Assembly: GCA_964016885.1 (NCBI GenBank)
Contig: OZ024740.1
Location: 404,426,001-404,490,000, forward strand
Reading direction: 5' to 3'
Origin: Eledone cirrhosa
Taxonomy: Eukaryota
DNA: 64,000 bases
A program made the translations under genes and the position numbers. Below the pieces are notes generated by a model. The model was not told the DNA's origin and ran no database searches. It worked only from the letters and a program-made list of their open reading frames with translations. Below, one piece after another: positions 1 through 16,870 of the stretch; position 1 is the first letter of the stretch, and the number at the start of each line of letters is the position of its first letter.

Positions 1-40
1 ACATATATATATATACATACATATATATATATAGACATAC

Positions 41-75
<35 letters not shown>

Positions 76-307
76 CATCATCATCAACGTTTAACGTCCG
101 TGTTCCACGCTTGCATGGGTTTGGACGGGGGTTTTCCCACTTGAGGCAAGAGTGATTGTCTTGCTCGCATAGGACTGTCTGGCGGGTTTTCTACAGTTGG
201 ATGCCCTTCCTAACACCAACCACATTTCCAGTGTGGGTCTGGGAGGTTTTTACCGTGTTGCCTACACGGCCACATTACAGCGTGGACTGTGTGTTTTTTT
301 GTCGTGA
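76..307 (-). mobile_element. RTE LINE 3' end fragment
   Basis: Near-identical reverse complement of 9542-9775 and 11495-11730; (CAT)n tail at 76-86. Confidence 0.85.
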
Positions 308-470
308 CATATATATATATATGTATATATATATATATGTATGTATATATGTATATATATACATACATATATATATATACATACATATATATATATATAT
401 ACATATATGTATATATATATATATGTATGTATATATGTATATATATACATACATATATATATATACATAC

Positions 471-582
<112 letters not shown>

Positions 583-1402
583 CATACATATATATATATA
601 CATACATATATATATATATATACATACATACATACATATATATATATACATACATACATATATACATATATACATACATATATATATATATACATATATA
701 CATACATATATATATATATACATATATACATACATATATATATATATACATATATACATACATATATATATATATACATATATACATAATATATATATAT
801 ATCATATATACATACATATATATATATATATATACATACATATATATATATACATATATATCATACATATATATATATACATATATACATACATATATAT
901 ATATATACATATCATATATATATATATACATATATACATACATATATATATACATATATACATACATATATATATATATACATATATACATACATATATA
1001 TATATATACATATATACATACATATATATAGTATATACATATATACATACATATATATATATACATATATACATACATATATATATATATACATATATAC
1101 ATACATATATATATATATACATATATACATAGATATATATATATATACATATATACATACTTATATATATATACATATATACATACATATATATATATAT
1201 ACATATATACATAATATATATATACATACATATATATAGTATATATACATACATATATATATATATATATACATATATATACATATATATATATATACAT
1301 ATATATATACATACATATATACATACATATATATATATATACATATATATACATATACATATATATATATATATACATATATACATATATATATATATAT
1401 AC

Positions 1403-1433
<31 letters not shown>

Positions 1434-1498
1434 TACATATATACATACATATATATATATATATATACATATATATACATATACATATATATATATAT

Positions 1499-1531
<33 letters not shown>

Positions 1532-1706
1532 TACATATATACATACATATATATATATATATACATATATATACATATATATACATACATATATACATAC
1601 ATATATATATATATATACATATATATACATATATATACATATATATATATATACATATATATACATATATATATACATATATATATATTACATATAATAT
1701 ATATAC

Positions 1707-1775
<69 letters not shown>

Positions 1776-1782
1776 CATATAC

Positions 1783-1889
<107 letters not shown>

Positions 1890-1893
1890 CATC

Positions 1894-1942
<49 letters not shown>

Positions 1943-1992
1943 CATATATATATATACATATATATATATACATATATATACATATACATATA

Positions 1993-2058
<66 letters not shown>

Positions 2059-2059
2059 C

Positions 2060-2106
<47 letters not shown>

Positions 2107-2351
2107 CATATATATATATACATATATATATATATACATATATATAATATATATATACATATATAATATATATATACATATACATATATATATACATATA
2201 CATATACATACATATATATATATAAAATATAAATACATATATATAAAATATAAATATATACATATATATATATACATATATAAAATATAAATACATATAT
2301 ATATATAATATAAATACATATATATATACATATATATAAATATAAATACAT

Positions 2352-2384
<33 letters not shown>

Positions 2385-2577
2385 TACATATATAATATAA
2401 TACATATATATATATACAAATATATATATAAAATATAAATACATATATATAAAATATAAATACATAAAATATAAATACATATATATATAATATAAATACA
2501 TATATATATATACATATATATATATACATACATATATATAAAATATAATACATATATACATATACATAATATAATAC

Positions 2578-2685
<108 letters not shown>

Positions 2686-2734
2686 ATACATATACATATA
2701 CATATATATATATTACATATATATATATATATAT

Positions 2735-2772
<38 letters not shown>

Positions 2773-2826
2773 CATATATAATATACATATATATATATAT
2801 ATACATTATATATATATACATATTAT

Positions 2827-2948
<122 letters not shown>

Positions 2949-3005
2949 CATATATATACATATATATATACAAATATATATACATATACATATATATATA
3001 TACAA

Positions 3006-3038
<33 letters not shown>

Positions 3039-3061
3039 CATATATATATACATATATATAG

Positions 3062-3110
<49 letters not shown>

Positions 3111-3203
3111 TATACATATATATATATACATATATATATACATATATATACATATATACATATATATATACATATATATACATATATATATATATACATA
3201 TAT

Positions 3204-3258
<55 letters not shown>

Positions 3259-3269
3259 CATATATATAC

Positions 3270-3330
<61 letters not shown>

Positions 3331-3341
3331 CATATATATAC

Positions 3342-3402
<61 letters not shown>

Positions 3403-3955
3403 CATATATATACATATATATACATACATATATATACATAATATATATATATACATATATACATATATATACATATACATAATATATATACATATATATA
3501 CATAATATATATATATACATATATACATATATATACATAATATATATATATACATAATATATATACATAATATATATATATACATATATACATATATATA
3601 CATATATACATATATATACATAATATATATATATACATAATATATATATATATATACATAATATATATATATATATACATAATATATATATATATACACA
3701 TAATATATATATATATACATAATATATATATACATATATACATACATATATATATATATATACATAATATATATATATATACATAATATATATATACATA
3801 CATATATATATATACATAATATATATATACATATATACATACATATATATATATAGATATATATATACATATATATATATACATATATATACATAATATA
3901 TACATATATATATATACATATATATATACATATATATACATACATATATATATAT

Positions 3956-3994
<39 letters not shown>

Positions 3995-4099
3995 TACATA
4001 CATATATATATATATATATACATATATACATACATATATACATATATACATACATATATATATATATATATACATATATACATACATATATATATATAG

Positions 4100-4355
<256 letters not shown>

Positions 4356-4360
4356 CATAT

Positions 4361-4429
<69 letters not shown>

Positions 4430-4434
4430 CATAT

Positions 4435-4680
<246 letters not shown>

Positions 4681-4685
4681 CATAT

Positions 4686-4739
<54 letters not shown>

Positions 4740-4794
4740 TATATATACATATATATACATAATATATACATATATATATACATATATATACATA

Positions 4795-4825
<31 letters not shown>

Positions 4826-4892
4826 CATATATATATACATATATATATACATAATATATACATACATATATATATATATATATACATAATAT

Positions 4893-4923
<31 letters not shown>

Positions 4924-4931
4924 CATAATAT

Positions 4932-4962
<31 letters not shown>

Positions 4963-4970
4963 CATAATAT

Positions 4971-5001
<31 letters not shown>

Positions 5002-5038
5002 CATAATATATACATACATATATATATATACATAATAT

Positions 5039-5069
<31 letters not shown>

Positions 5070-5077
5070 CATAATAT

Positions 5078-5110
<33 letters not shown>

Positions 5111-5144
5111 CATAATATATACATACATATATATATATATATAT

Positions 5145-5226
<82 letters not shown>

Positions 5227-5392
5227 ATATATATATATATATATATATACATAATATATATATATATATATATACATAATATATATATATATATATATAC
5301 ATAATATATATATATATACATAATATATATATATATATACATAATATATATATATATATATATACATAATATATATATATATATATATATAC

Positions 5393-5440
<48 letters not shown>

Positions 5441-5590
5441 CATAATATATATATATATATATATATACATAATATATATATATATATATACATAATATAT
5501 ATATATATATATACATAATATATATATATATATATACATAATATATATATATATATATACATAATATATATATATATATATACATACATA

Positions 5591-5623
<33 letters not shown>

Positions 5624-5636
5624 TATACATATATAT

Positions 5637-6432
5637 ACGAACAGCAATGTTACATGGCAGTGAGACCTGGGCATCGTGTGCAGAGGATATATGCAGACTG
5701 GAGAGGAACGAAGCTTGCATGCTCCGCTGGATGTGTAATAGTAATATACGTGAACGGCAAAGCATAAACGAACTAAGGGAGAAATTAGGAATAAGAGGGA
5801 TCAGATGTTGTTTACTCGAGAGAAGACTACGTTGGTACGGTCACGTGATGCGCATGAAAGACGACAGCTGTATAAAAAAGTGCAGGGCGATAAAAATAGA
5901 CGGTAGCCACGGAGTAGGCAGACCCAGAAAAACCTGGGACAACTTCATAAATTCCGACCTCACACACTTACACCTCTCCTAGACAATGTCACTGGACCGA
6001 GATCTTTGGCGCTACACAGTTATACAGAAGACCCGCCTTGCCTAAGTACAAAGCGAAACCTACAGTCAGTAGGCACCTCTAACAAAATACACCCCCGTCC
6101 CACTACCCCCACACCATCCACACCACCCCCTTAAATGTAAAGTTATGTTGGTACCACAACATCCAGTCCGAAACAAATGAGGTCGTGTAGGTGTCATGAC
6201 AAAAAAAACACACAGTCCACGCTGTAATGTGGCCGTGTAGGTAACACGGTAAAAACCTCCCAGTCCACACTGTAAACATGGTTAGTGTTAGGAAGAGCAT
6301 CCAGTCGTAGAAAACCCGCCAGACAGTCCTATACGAGCAGGACAACAAATCTTGCCTCAAGTGGGAAAACTCCCGTCCAAACACATGCAAGCGTGGAAGA
6401 TGTACGTTAAACGATGATGATGATGATGATGA
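5637..6432 (+). mobile_element. 5'-truncated RTE-clade LINE (ORF C-terminus, 3'UTR, (GAT)n tail)
   Basis: Encodes [26 protein letters not shown], typical of the RTE C-terminus; flanked by TA repeats. Confidence 0.9.
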
Positions 6433-6473
6433 TACATATATATACATATACATATATATATATACATATATAT

Positions 6474-6520
<47 letters not shown>

Positions 6521-6586
6521 TACATATATATATACACATATATATATATACACACATATATATATACACATATATATATATATATA

Positions 6587-8680
6587 TCATCATCATCATC
6601 ACCGTTTTATGTCCGTTCTTCCACGCTAGCATGGGTTAGACGGGTTGTCCTGTTGTGGGCAGTGTCTGGTCGGATGACCATGCCTTGCTCATACAGGAAC
6701 TGATTTGGCTTGATTTCTACTGCTGGATGCCCTTCCTAACACCAACCTCATTTACAGTGAGTGCTGGGTGCTTTTTCGTGGCGCCTACACGTGCACTTTA
6801 GTGTGGGCTGGGTGCTTTTTTGCCATGGCACCTCCACGACCACCTTGCAGTGGGAAGGTGTGCGGGCATATTGTCTATATGTTTCAGCTTCGGCTTGTAC
6901 CCGTGGGGCGTCGGGTCTTCTGTATTACTGCGTGACGCCAGAGGTCACAGTCGTGTGTCATCGCCTTTGAGAGATGTAATTGGGTACGGTCGGCTTTTAT
7001 CACCTCATCCCAGATCTTCTTGAGTCTCCCCACTCCGCGGTTTCCATCAACTTATAGTGCTCTGCACCTTTTTATACAGCTGTCATCCTTCATACGCATC
7101 ACATGAACATACCAACGCAACGGCCTCTCCTGCACACAGCATTTGATTCATCTTATACTCAGTCTCTCTCTCAATTCATTTATGCTTTGTCGGTCGCGTA
7201 TATTACTATTACACATCCATCGGAGCATGCAGGCTTCATTTCTCTCTAATCTACGTAAGTCTTCCACCTTCAGTGCCCTGGTCTCACTACCATGTAACAT
7301 TGCTGTTCGTATACACGCATCATACAGTCTGCCTTTCATTTTGAGGGAGAAGCCTTTTGCAGCTAGCAGTGGCAGTAGTTCCCTTAATTTCTTCCATCCC
7401 GTTCTTACCCTAGTTATTGTACTTTCTGAACACCCATCTCCGCTGCTAATTCGGTCACCTAGGTAGCAGAAGCTGTCTACTCTCTCTACAGAGCCCGCCC
7501 AGAGATTGGTGGTACTTGTTTCCTGTGGCTTTTGCTGCTTGCTGTCCCAGTACAGCTGCTGCATGTGAAGCCTACATTCTTAATTAAGCTTCCTGAGATC
7601 CCGCTACATCTCTTGTGTACCCATTGTTTGCATTTGGGGCAGATAATGGAGTTCCTACCTACACCTTTCCTACATACTGAGCAAGGCCATTCCCTGAGGG
7701 GATCTGGGTTCTGTTTTCTCGTCTATTTACAAGGACCTTAGTCTTTGTCATGTTGCCTTTGAGACCCTTTCTTTCTCGTCCCTGCTTCCAAGTTTGGAAT
7801 TTCTTCTCTAGTTCTACCATAGATTCAGCTATAAGTGCGAGGTCATCAGCATACAGGAGTTCCCATGGGCATCCGGTCTTAAACTCCTCCGTTATTGCCT
7901 GCAGGACTATGATGAACAGGAGAGGGCTAAGAACAGAGCCCTCGTGGACACCAACCTGTACGCTAAATTCCTCGCTATACTCATTGCTAATCCTAACTTT
8001 GCTGACTGCTCCCCTATACATGGCTTGTACCGCTTTCACAAGCCATTCATCTACTCCTAGTTTTCTAAGAGCCCACCAGATTACAGCACGTGGAACTCTG
8101 TCAAAGGCTTTCTCGAGATCGACGAATGCCAGGTAGAGTGGCTTACTTTTAGCTAGGTACTTTTCTTGTAACTGCCTCACAAGGAAGAGCGCATCAGTGG
8201 TGTCTCTTCCTGGTACAAACCCAAATTGCATCTCATCTAGTTTCACCCAGTCCCTAATCAACTGTGCTATAACTCTTTCTGTTACTTTCATGACCTGGTC
8301 CATCAGCTTTATACCTCTATAGTTTCCTATATCGAGTGCATCACCTTTACCTTTGTAGCAGTTGACAATGATGCTACTGCACTAATCTTTTGGTATGACA
8401 CCTTCTCGTATTACCTGGTTAACAATATGTGTGGTTATAGTGTGACCTACAGACCCAGATGCCTTCAGCATCTCGGCAGCTATATCCGATGGACCGGTTG
8501 CCTTCCCCATCTTCATATCTTTGATTGCCTTACTTACTACGCTGCTGCTGACTTGAACTGCTGGCCCCTCTATAGGGTCTACTTGGGGTAGGGTCTCTTC
8601 TTCCCATGCATTCTCCTCATTTAGTAATCTATCATAATGACTCTTCCATGCATCTGTCTTCTCAGCACTTGTGAGGGCAC
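6587..8680 (-). mobile_element. Truncated, frameshifted RTE LINE (second subfamily) with RT domain
   Basis: Motifs QFGFVPGR, FVDLEKAFDRVP, GVHEGSVLSPLLF, ELLYADDLAL, FCYLGD; (CAT)n tail at 6588-6600. Confidence 0.92.
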
Positions 8681-9095
8681 ACACATATATAAGGTGTCTT
8701 AAATCTTATAGCCTTTTTTAATTGGTTTTTTGTGTGGTCGATTATGCTAATTGGGAGAGTAAATTAAGTATATATCGATTAAATATATCGTCAACCATAC
8801 ACAATTAGGTATAAAATTAAATTTGAAGAAAAAATTCATATATTTAATATATATTTAATAATATATTTAATCGACTTGGATATGCTATTGAAATGTTGGG
8901 TAAACATTCTATGGCTGTTGATAGAGAATACATGGCTATCATTTATTTATCTATTATTTCTTCACAGGTGTCTTTTAACCTTACAGCCTGGTTTAATTGG
9001 TTTTTTGTGTGGTTGATTATGCTAATTGGGAGAGGAAATTGAGTATATATCATATCATATGATTCTAAGGACATAATTTATAGTATATATAGACA

Positions 9096-9848
9096 TCGTG
9101 AACGGCAAAGCATAAACGAACTAAGGAATAAATTAGAGATAAGAGGGATCAGATGTTGTTTACTCGAGAGAAGGCTACGTTGGTATGGACACGTGATGCG
9201 CATGAAAGTCGATAGCTGTATAACAAAGTGCAGGGCAATAAAGATAGACGGTAGTCACGGAATAGGCAGACCTAGAAAAACCTGGGACGAGCTGATAAAC
9301 TCCGACATCACACACTTACACCTCTCCAAGACAATGTCACTGGACCGAGACCTTTGGCGGTACTCAGTAACAGAGAAGACCCGCCTTACCTAAATATATA
9401 GTAAAACCTACTCCAGCCAGTAGGCATCTCTAACAAATACACCCCGTCCCACCACCCCCACCCGATCCACACCACCCCGTTCTATGTAAAGTTATGTTGG
9501 TGCCACGCCATCGAGGCCGAAACAAATGAGATCGTGTAGGTGTCACGACAAAAAAACACACAGTCCACGCTGTAATGTGGCCGTGTAGGCAACACGGTAA
9601 AAACCTCCCAGACCCACACTGTAAATGTGGTTGGTGTTAGGAAGGGCATCCAACTGTAGAAAACCTGCCAGACAGTCCTATGCGAGCAAGACAATCACTC
9701 TTGCCTCAAGTGGGACTACCCCCGTCCAAACCCATGCAAGCGTGGAACACGGACGTTAAACGCTGATGATGATGATGATGATGATGATATAAGACAATGT
9801 CACTGGACCGAGATCTTTGGCGCTACACAGTAATACAGAAGACCCTAG
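9096..9848 (+). mobile_element. RTE LINE 3' fragment with (GAT)n tail, followed by a short extra RTE piece (9791-9848)
   Basis: Near-identical to 11075-11740; encodes [15 protein letters not shown]. Confidence 0.9.
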
Positions 9849-10318
9849 CTAGGGCTAGATCGTATAACGGAAATAAAAGACCATGTGACCTCTTTGCCAC
9901 TGAGGCCCTGGAAATACTCTACGCTACAGACCACATCTTAAAAAATAAATCTGACGCAATTTCGGCTTGTAAACATAAATTGCACAAAACTTTCCTGTAT
10001 TACAGCCCCACATTATACCCTAACGGATAGTACGATCTATGCGTGGATATTTTACGTCTTGATGAGATAGCAAAGTATATGTTAGGTTTATACCATTACT
10101 TATTTGCATAGGTAAGTATATATTACCTGTTTGTTTTGTGAAGCCAGGGAACATTTCCACGAACCAAAGTATCGTCTTCCTGTCTTCCTCCGGTTGCAAC
10201 GTTTTTTGAAATATCCACTTCTGCATTTACGGATTGACTTTGTTAGTTACAGAAGATCCCGTTAAGGGTGAAAGCAGCGATTCTTTGCTTAAAGTTTAAT
10301 CTGTTATTTTAATAAATA
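9849..10318 (+). mobile_element. Penelope-like element 3' end (GIY-YIG endonuclease C-terminus and 3'UTR), Naiad-like
   Basis: YNGNKRPCDLFATEALEIL..KNKSDAISACKH resembles the PLE CxLCxxE..N..CxH terminus. Confidence 0.6.
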
Positions 10319-10344
10319 TATATAATATATATATATACATATAT

Positions 10345-10387
<43 letters not shown>

Positions 10388-10400
10388 TTATGAATATATA

Positions 10401-11740
10401 TAGGGAACTCCTATACGCAGACGACCTGACACTCATAGCGGAATCAATGGCCGAGCTAGAGAAAAAATTCCAAACATGGAAGCACGGCCTAGAGTCAAAA
10501 GGACTTAACATTAACCTGGCTAAGACCAAAGTTCTAGTTTGTAGGAAAGAAAACAAGGCGGCGGTCCCTTCTGGGAAATGGTCGTGCTCGGTGTGTAGGA
10601 AAGGCGTAGGTAGAAACTCCATTTTATGTCCTAAATGCAAAGTATGGGTGCATAAAAGATGTAGTGGGATCACAGGTAAGCTAACTAAGAACATAGATTT
10701 TATATGTGGCCGGTGTTCTGGTGCAATGAGTAGCAGCAAGTGCCCACAAAATACTAGCTCTTTCAATTGCGCAGAGGGTTCTATAGAAATAGTGGACAGC
10801 TTCCGTTACCTGGGCGATAAAATCAGCAGTGGGGGAGGGTGCTCTTAAAGTACTGTAGCTAGAGTCAGAACTGGTTGGAAAAAGTTCAGAGAGCTTATAC
10901 CACTATTAGCTGCTAAAGGGTTCTCCCTAAAAATGAAAGGCAGGTTGTACGATGCCTGCATACGAACAGCAATGTTGCATGGTAGTGAGACCTGGGCATT
11001 GTGTGCAGAGGATATACGCAGACTAGAGAGGAACGAAGCTTGCATGCTCCGCTGGATGTGTAACAGTAATATACGTGAACGGCAAAGCATAAACGAACTA
11101 AGGAAAAAATTAGAGATAAGAGGGATCAGATGTTGTTTACTCGAGAGAAGGCTGCGTTGGTATGGACACGTGATGCGCATGAAAGTCGATAGCTGTATAA
11201 CAAAGTGCAGGGCAATGAAGATAGACGGTAGCCATGGAATAGGCAGACCTAGAAAAACCTGGGATGAGCTGATAAACTCCGACCTCACACACTTACACCT
11301 CTCCAAGACAATGTCACTGGACCGAGACCTTTGGCGGTACTCAGTAACAGAGAAGACCCGTCTTGCCAGTAGGCATCTCTAACAAAATACACCCCGTCCC
11401 GCCACCACTCCCACCCCATCCACACCACCCCGTTCTATGTAAAGTTATGTTGGTGCCGCGCCATCCAGGCCGAAACAAATGAGATCGTGTAGGTGTCACG
11501 ACAAAAAAACACACAGTCCACGCTGTAATGTGGCCGTGTAGGCAACACGGTAAAAACCTCCCAGACCCACACTGTAAATGTGGTTGGTGTTAGGAAGGGC
11601 ATCCAACTGTAGAAAACCTGCCAGACAGTCCTATGCGAGCAAGACAACCACTCTTGCCTCAAGTGGGACACCCCCGTCCAAACCCATGCAAGCATGGAAC
11701 ACGGACGTTAAACGTTGATGATGATGATGATGATGATGAT
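10401..11740 (+). mobile_element. 5'-truncated RTE LINE (YADD to 3' end), one in-frame stop at 10846
   Basis: ELLYADDL, C4HC3 finger, FRYLG, LRWYGHV, (GAT)n tail. Confidence 0.92.
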
Positions 11741-11875
11741 ACATATACATATATATATAATATATATATGAATATATATATATATACATATATATACATA
11801 TATATATATATATAATATATATATATACATATATATATATATACATATATATATCTTCATTCATCATCATGATAC

Positions 11876-11906
<31 letters not shown>

Positions 11907-12045
11907 CATATATATATATGTATACATATATATATATATATACATATATACATATATATACATATATATATATATACATATATACATATATATACATATA
12001 TATATATATACATATATACATATATATACATATATACATATATAC

Positions 12046-12076
<31 letters not shown>

Positions 12077-12096
12077 ATATATATATACATATATAC

Positions 12097-12129
<33 letters not shown>

Positions 12130-12160
12130 CATATATATATACATACATATATATATATAC

Positions 12161-12195
<35 letters not shown>

Positions 12196-12413
12196 CATAC
12201 ATATATATATAATATATATATATATACATACATATATAAATACATACATATATATATATACATACATATATAAATACATACATATATATATATACATACA
12301 TATATACATATATATATATACATATATATATATATACATATATATATATACATATATATATATATACATATATATATATACATATATATATATATACATA
12401 TATATATACATAC

Positions 12414-12446
<33 letters not shown>

Positions 12447-12463
12447 CATATATATATACATAC

Positions 12464-12494
<31 letters not shown>

Positions 12495-12511
12495 CATATA
12501 TATATACATAC

Positions 12512-12542
<31 letters not shown>

Positions 12543-12875
12543 CATATATATATACATACATATATATATATATATACATATATATATACATACATACATA
12601 TATATATATACATATATATACATACATACATATATATATACATACAAATATATATATACATACATATACATACACATACATATACATACATACATACATA
12701 TATATACATACATACATATATATATATACATACATATATATATATACATACATATATATATACATACATATACATATACATACATATATATATACATACA
12801 TATATATATACATACATATATATATACATACATACATATATACATACATACATATATACATACATACATATATAC

Positions 12876-12943
<68 letters not shown>

Positions 12944-13063
12944 ATACATACACATATATATATATACATACATATATATATATACATACATATATATATA
13001 TATATACATACATAGATATATATATATATATATATATACATACATATATATATACATACATAC

Positions 13064-13400
13064 AGAAAAATACAGGAGAAGGAGGACATCTACGGACCAT
13101 TGATGAGGAGTTTACAAATCCAGTATCCAAGATACACCTTTAGCTTCATACCCATCATTATTGGTGCTACGGGTTATATACCAACCCGCTTGGACCAAAG
13201 TATGACTGAACTTGGATTTGCGGACAAAAAGCGCAGCTCCCTAATTCATAGTCTACAAATGGCTGCGATAGCTGGCACCTTCAAAATATGCAAAACATTC
13301 TTGCGATTCAAGGGATGACAATTTCTTTTCTTTTACAACCTTGCCACCAGGCAGGTGGCCGGTCAAAAAAATATACTCAAAATTAAGAGAAAGAGAAAAT
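13064..13400 (+). mobile_element. 3' fragment of a restriction-like-endonuclease (RLE) non-LTR retrotransposon
   Basis: [39 protein letters not shown] resembles the R4-group RLE C-terminus. Confidence 0.65.
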
Positions 13401-13484
13401 ATATATACATACATATATATATATACATACATATATATATATATATACATATATACATACATATATATATACATACATATATAT

Positions 13485-13563
<79 letters not shown>

Positions 13564-13569
13564 CATACA

Positions 13570-13605
<36 letters not shown>

Positions 13606-13738
13606 CATACATATATATATACATACATATATATATACATACATATATACATACATATATATATACATATATATATACATACATATATATATACATACAT
13701 ATATATATACATACATATATATATACATACATATATAT

Positions 13739-13801
<63 letters not shown>

Positions 13802-13872
13802 CATACATATATATATATATACATACATATATATATATACATACATATATACATACATATATATATACATAC

Positions 13873-13939
<67 letters not shown>

Positions 13940-14147
13940 CATACATATATATATATATACATACATATATATATATACATACATATATACATACATATAT
14001 ATATATACATACATATATATATATACATACATATATATATATACATACATATATATATATACATACATATATATATATACATACATATATACATACATAT
14101 ATATATATCCATACATATATATATACATACATATATATATACATACA

Positions 14148-14187
<40 letters not shown>

Positions 14188-14218
14188 CATACATATATAT
14201 ATACATACATATATATAT

Positions 14219-14670
14219 GGTGGCTGCCAACTCGTTTTCGAGTACGGCCACTACTTTATATCCATGTAGGAGAACCCCTACTGATGCGCTGAACGAGTGT
14301 GACTTTTTAGTCCAGCCAGCGACTTGAAAGCTCTGGTACAAACACTACACTTGTGACAATTATTGACACATAGTGCTGGGCCCATGGTACCATGTGACGA
14401 CAAATGCAGAGAGATCTCCAGACATAAAGCAATGCCTGTGCCGTGAAGCTTTTATAGTGAGCAAAGGCACTGCACAAAGCCAGTCCCACTCTCTTAACCA
14501 AGATGATATTTACCAAAAAGAAGAACAAGTCAACATCATTGGATACCATCAGGGTTGCAGGTGTTATATCAGAGTTTTCCTTCTCCTAGAATTCTGTCTT
14601 GACAAAGGCTAAGGGGTTATCTCTCCCGGTGATTTTGGATGGCCATTGACTCTTAAGAGCTCCTTTGCCT
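14219..14670 (-). mobile_element. Non-coding interspersed repeat, possibly derived from an RTE 5'UTR; relative at 42840-43175 (+)
   Basis: Shared blocks CTTGTCA..TTCTAGGAGAAGG, GATGTTGA..TTCTTC, GAGAGTGGGA.TGGCT and GCACAGGCATTGC in both copies. Confidence 0.55.
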
Positions 14671-15165
14671 TATATATATACATACATATATATATACATA
14701 TATATATATATACATATATATATACATACATATATATATACATACATATATATATACATACACATATACATACATACATATATATATACATACATATATA
14801 CATACATATATATATACATACATATATATATACATACATATATACATACATATATATATACATACATATATATATACATACATATATATATACATACATA
14901 TATACATACATATATATATATATATACATACATATATATATATACATACATATATACATAAATATATATATACATACATATATATATATACATACATATA
15001 TATATATACATACATATATATATACATATATATATACATACATATATATATACATACATATATATATACATATATATATACATACATATATATATACATA
15101 TATATATACATACATATATATATACATATATATATACATACATATATATATACATACATATATAT

Positions 15166-15204
<39 letters not shown>

Positions 15205-15245
15205 CATATATATATATATATATACACATATACATACATATATAT

Positions 15246-15276
<31 letters not shown>

Positions 15277-15351
15277 CATATACATACATATATATATACA
15301 TACATATATATATACATACATATATATACACATACATATATATATACATAC

Positions 15352-15415
<64 letters not shown>

Positions 15416-15417
15416 AC

Positions 15418-15451
<34 letters not shown>

Positions 15452-15711
15452 ACATATATATATATATACATATACATATATATACATATACATACATATA
15501 CATATACATACATATATATATACATATATATACATATATATATACATACATATATATATACATATATATATATATACATATACATATATATACATATATA
15601 TATACATACATATATACATACATATACATATATATATACATACATATATACATACATATACATATATATACATATACATATATATACATATACATATATA
15701 TACATATATAT

Positions 15712-15756
<45 letters not shown>

Positions 15757-15978
15757 CATATATACATACATATACATATATATACATATATATATAATAC
15801 ATACATATATACATACATATACATACATATATATATACATACATATACATATATATACATATATATATACATACATATACATATACATACATATATATAT
15901 ACATACATATATATATACATACATATATATATACATACATATATATATACATACATATATATATACATACATATATAT

Positions 15979-16029
<51 letters not shown>

Positions 16030-16139
16030 CATATATATATACATACATATATATATACATACATATATATATATAAGTATACATATATATATATATATAC
16101 ATACATATATATATATACATACATATATATATACATACA

Positions 16140-16179
<40 letters not shown>

Positions 16180-16185
16180 CATACA

Positions 16186-16225
<40 letters not shown>

Positions 16226-16419
16226 CATACATACATATATACATACATATATATATATATACATACATACATATATATATACATACATACATATATACAT
16301 ACATATATATATACATATATACATATATATATATACATACATATATATATATACATACATATATATATATACATACATATATATATATATATACATACAT
16401 ATATATATACATACATACA

Positions 16420-16473
<54 letters not shown>

Positions 16474-16735
16474 CATACATATATATATACATACATATAT
16501 ATATACATACATACATATATACATACATATATATATACATACATATATATATACATACATATATATATACATACATACATATATACATACATATATATAT
16601 ACATATATACATATATATATATATACATACATATATATATACATACATATATATATACATACATATATATATACATACATATATATATACATACATATAT
16701 ATATATACATACATATATATATATACATACATATA

Positions 16736-16769
<34 letters not shown>

Positions 16770-16818
16770 CATACATATATATATACATACATACATATAT
16801 ACATATATATATACATAC

Positions 16819-16851
<33 letters not shown>

Positions 16852-16870
16852 CACAGACATATATATATAT

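Noticed and set aside
8690-9060. Two diverged ~85-bp direct repeats in AT-rich DNA
   Set aside because: Probably a decayed retroelement piece; no interpretable motif
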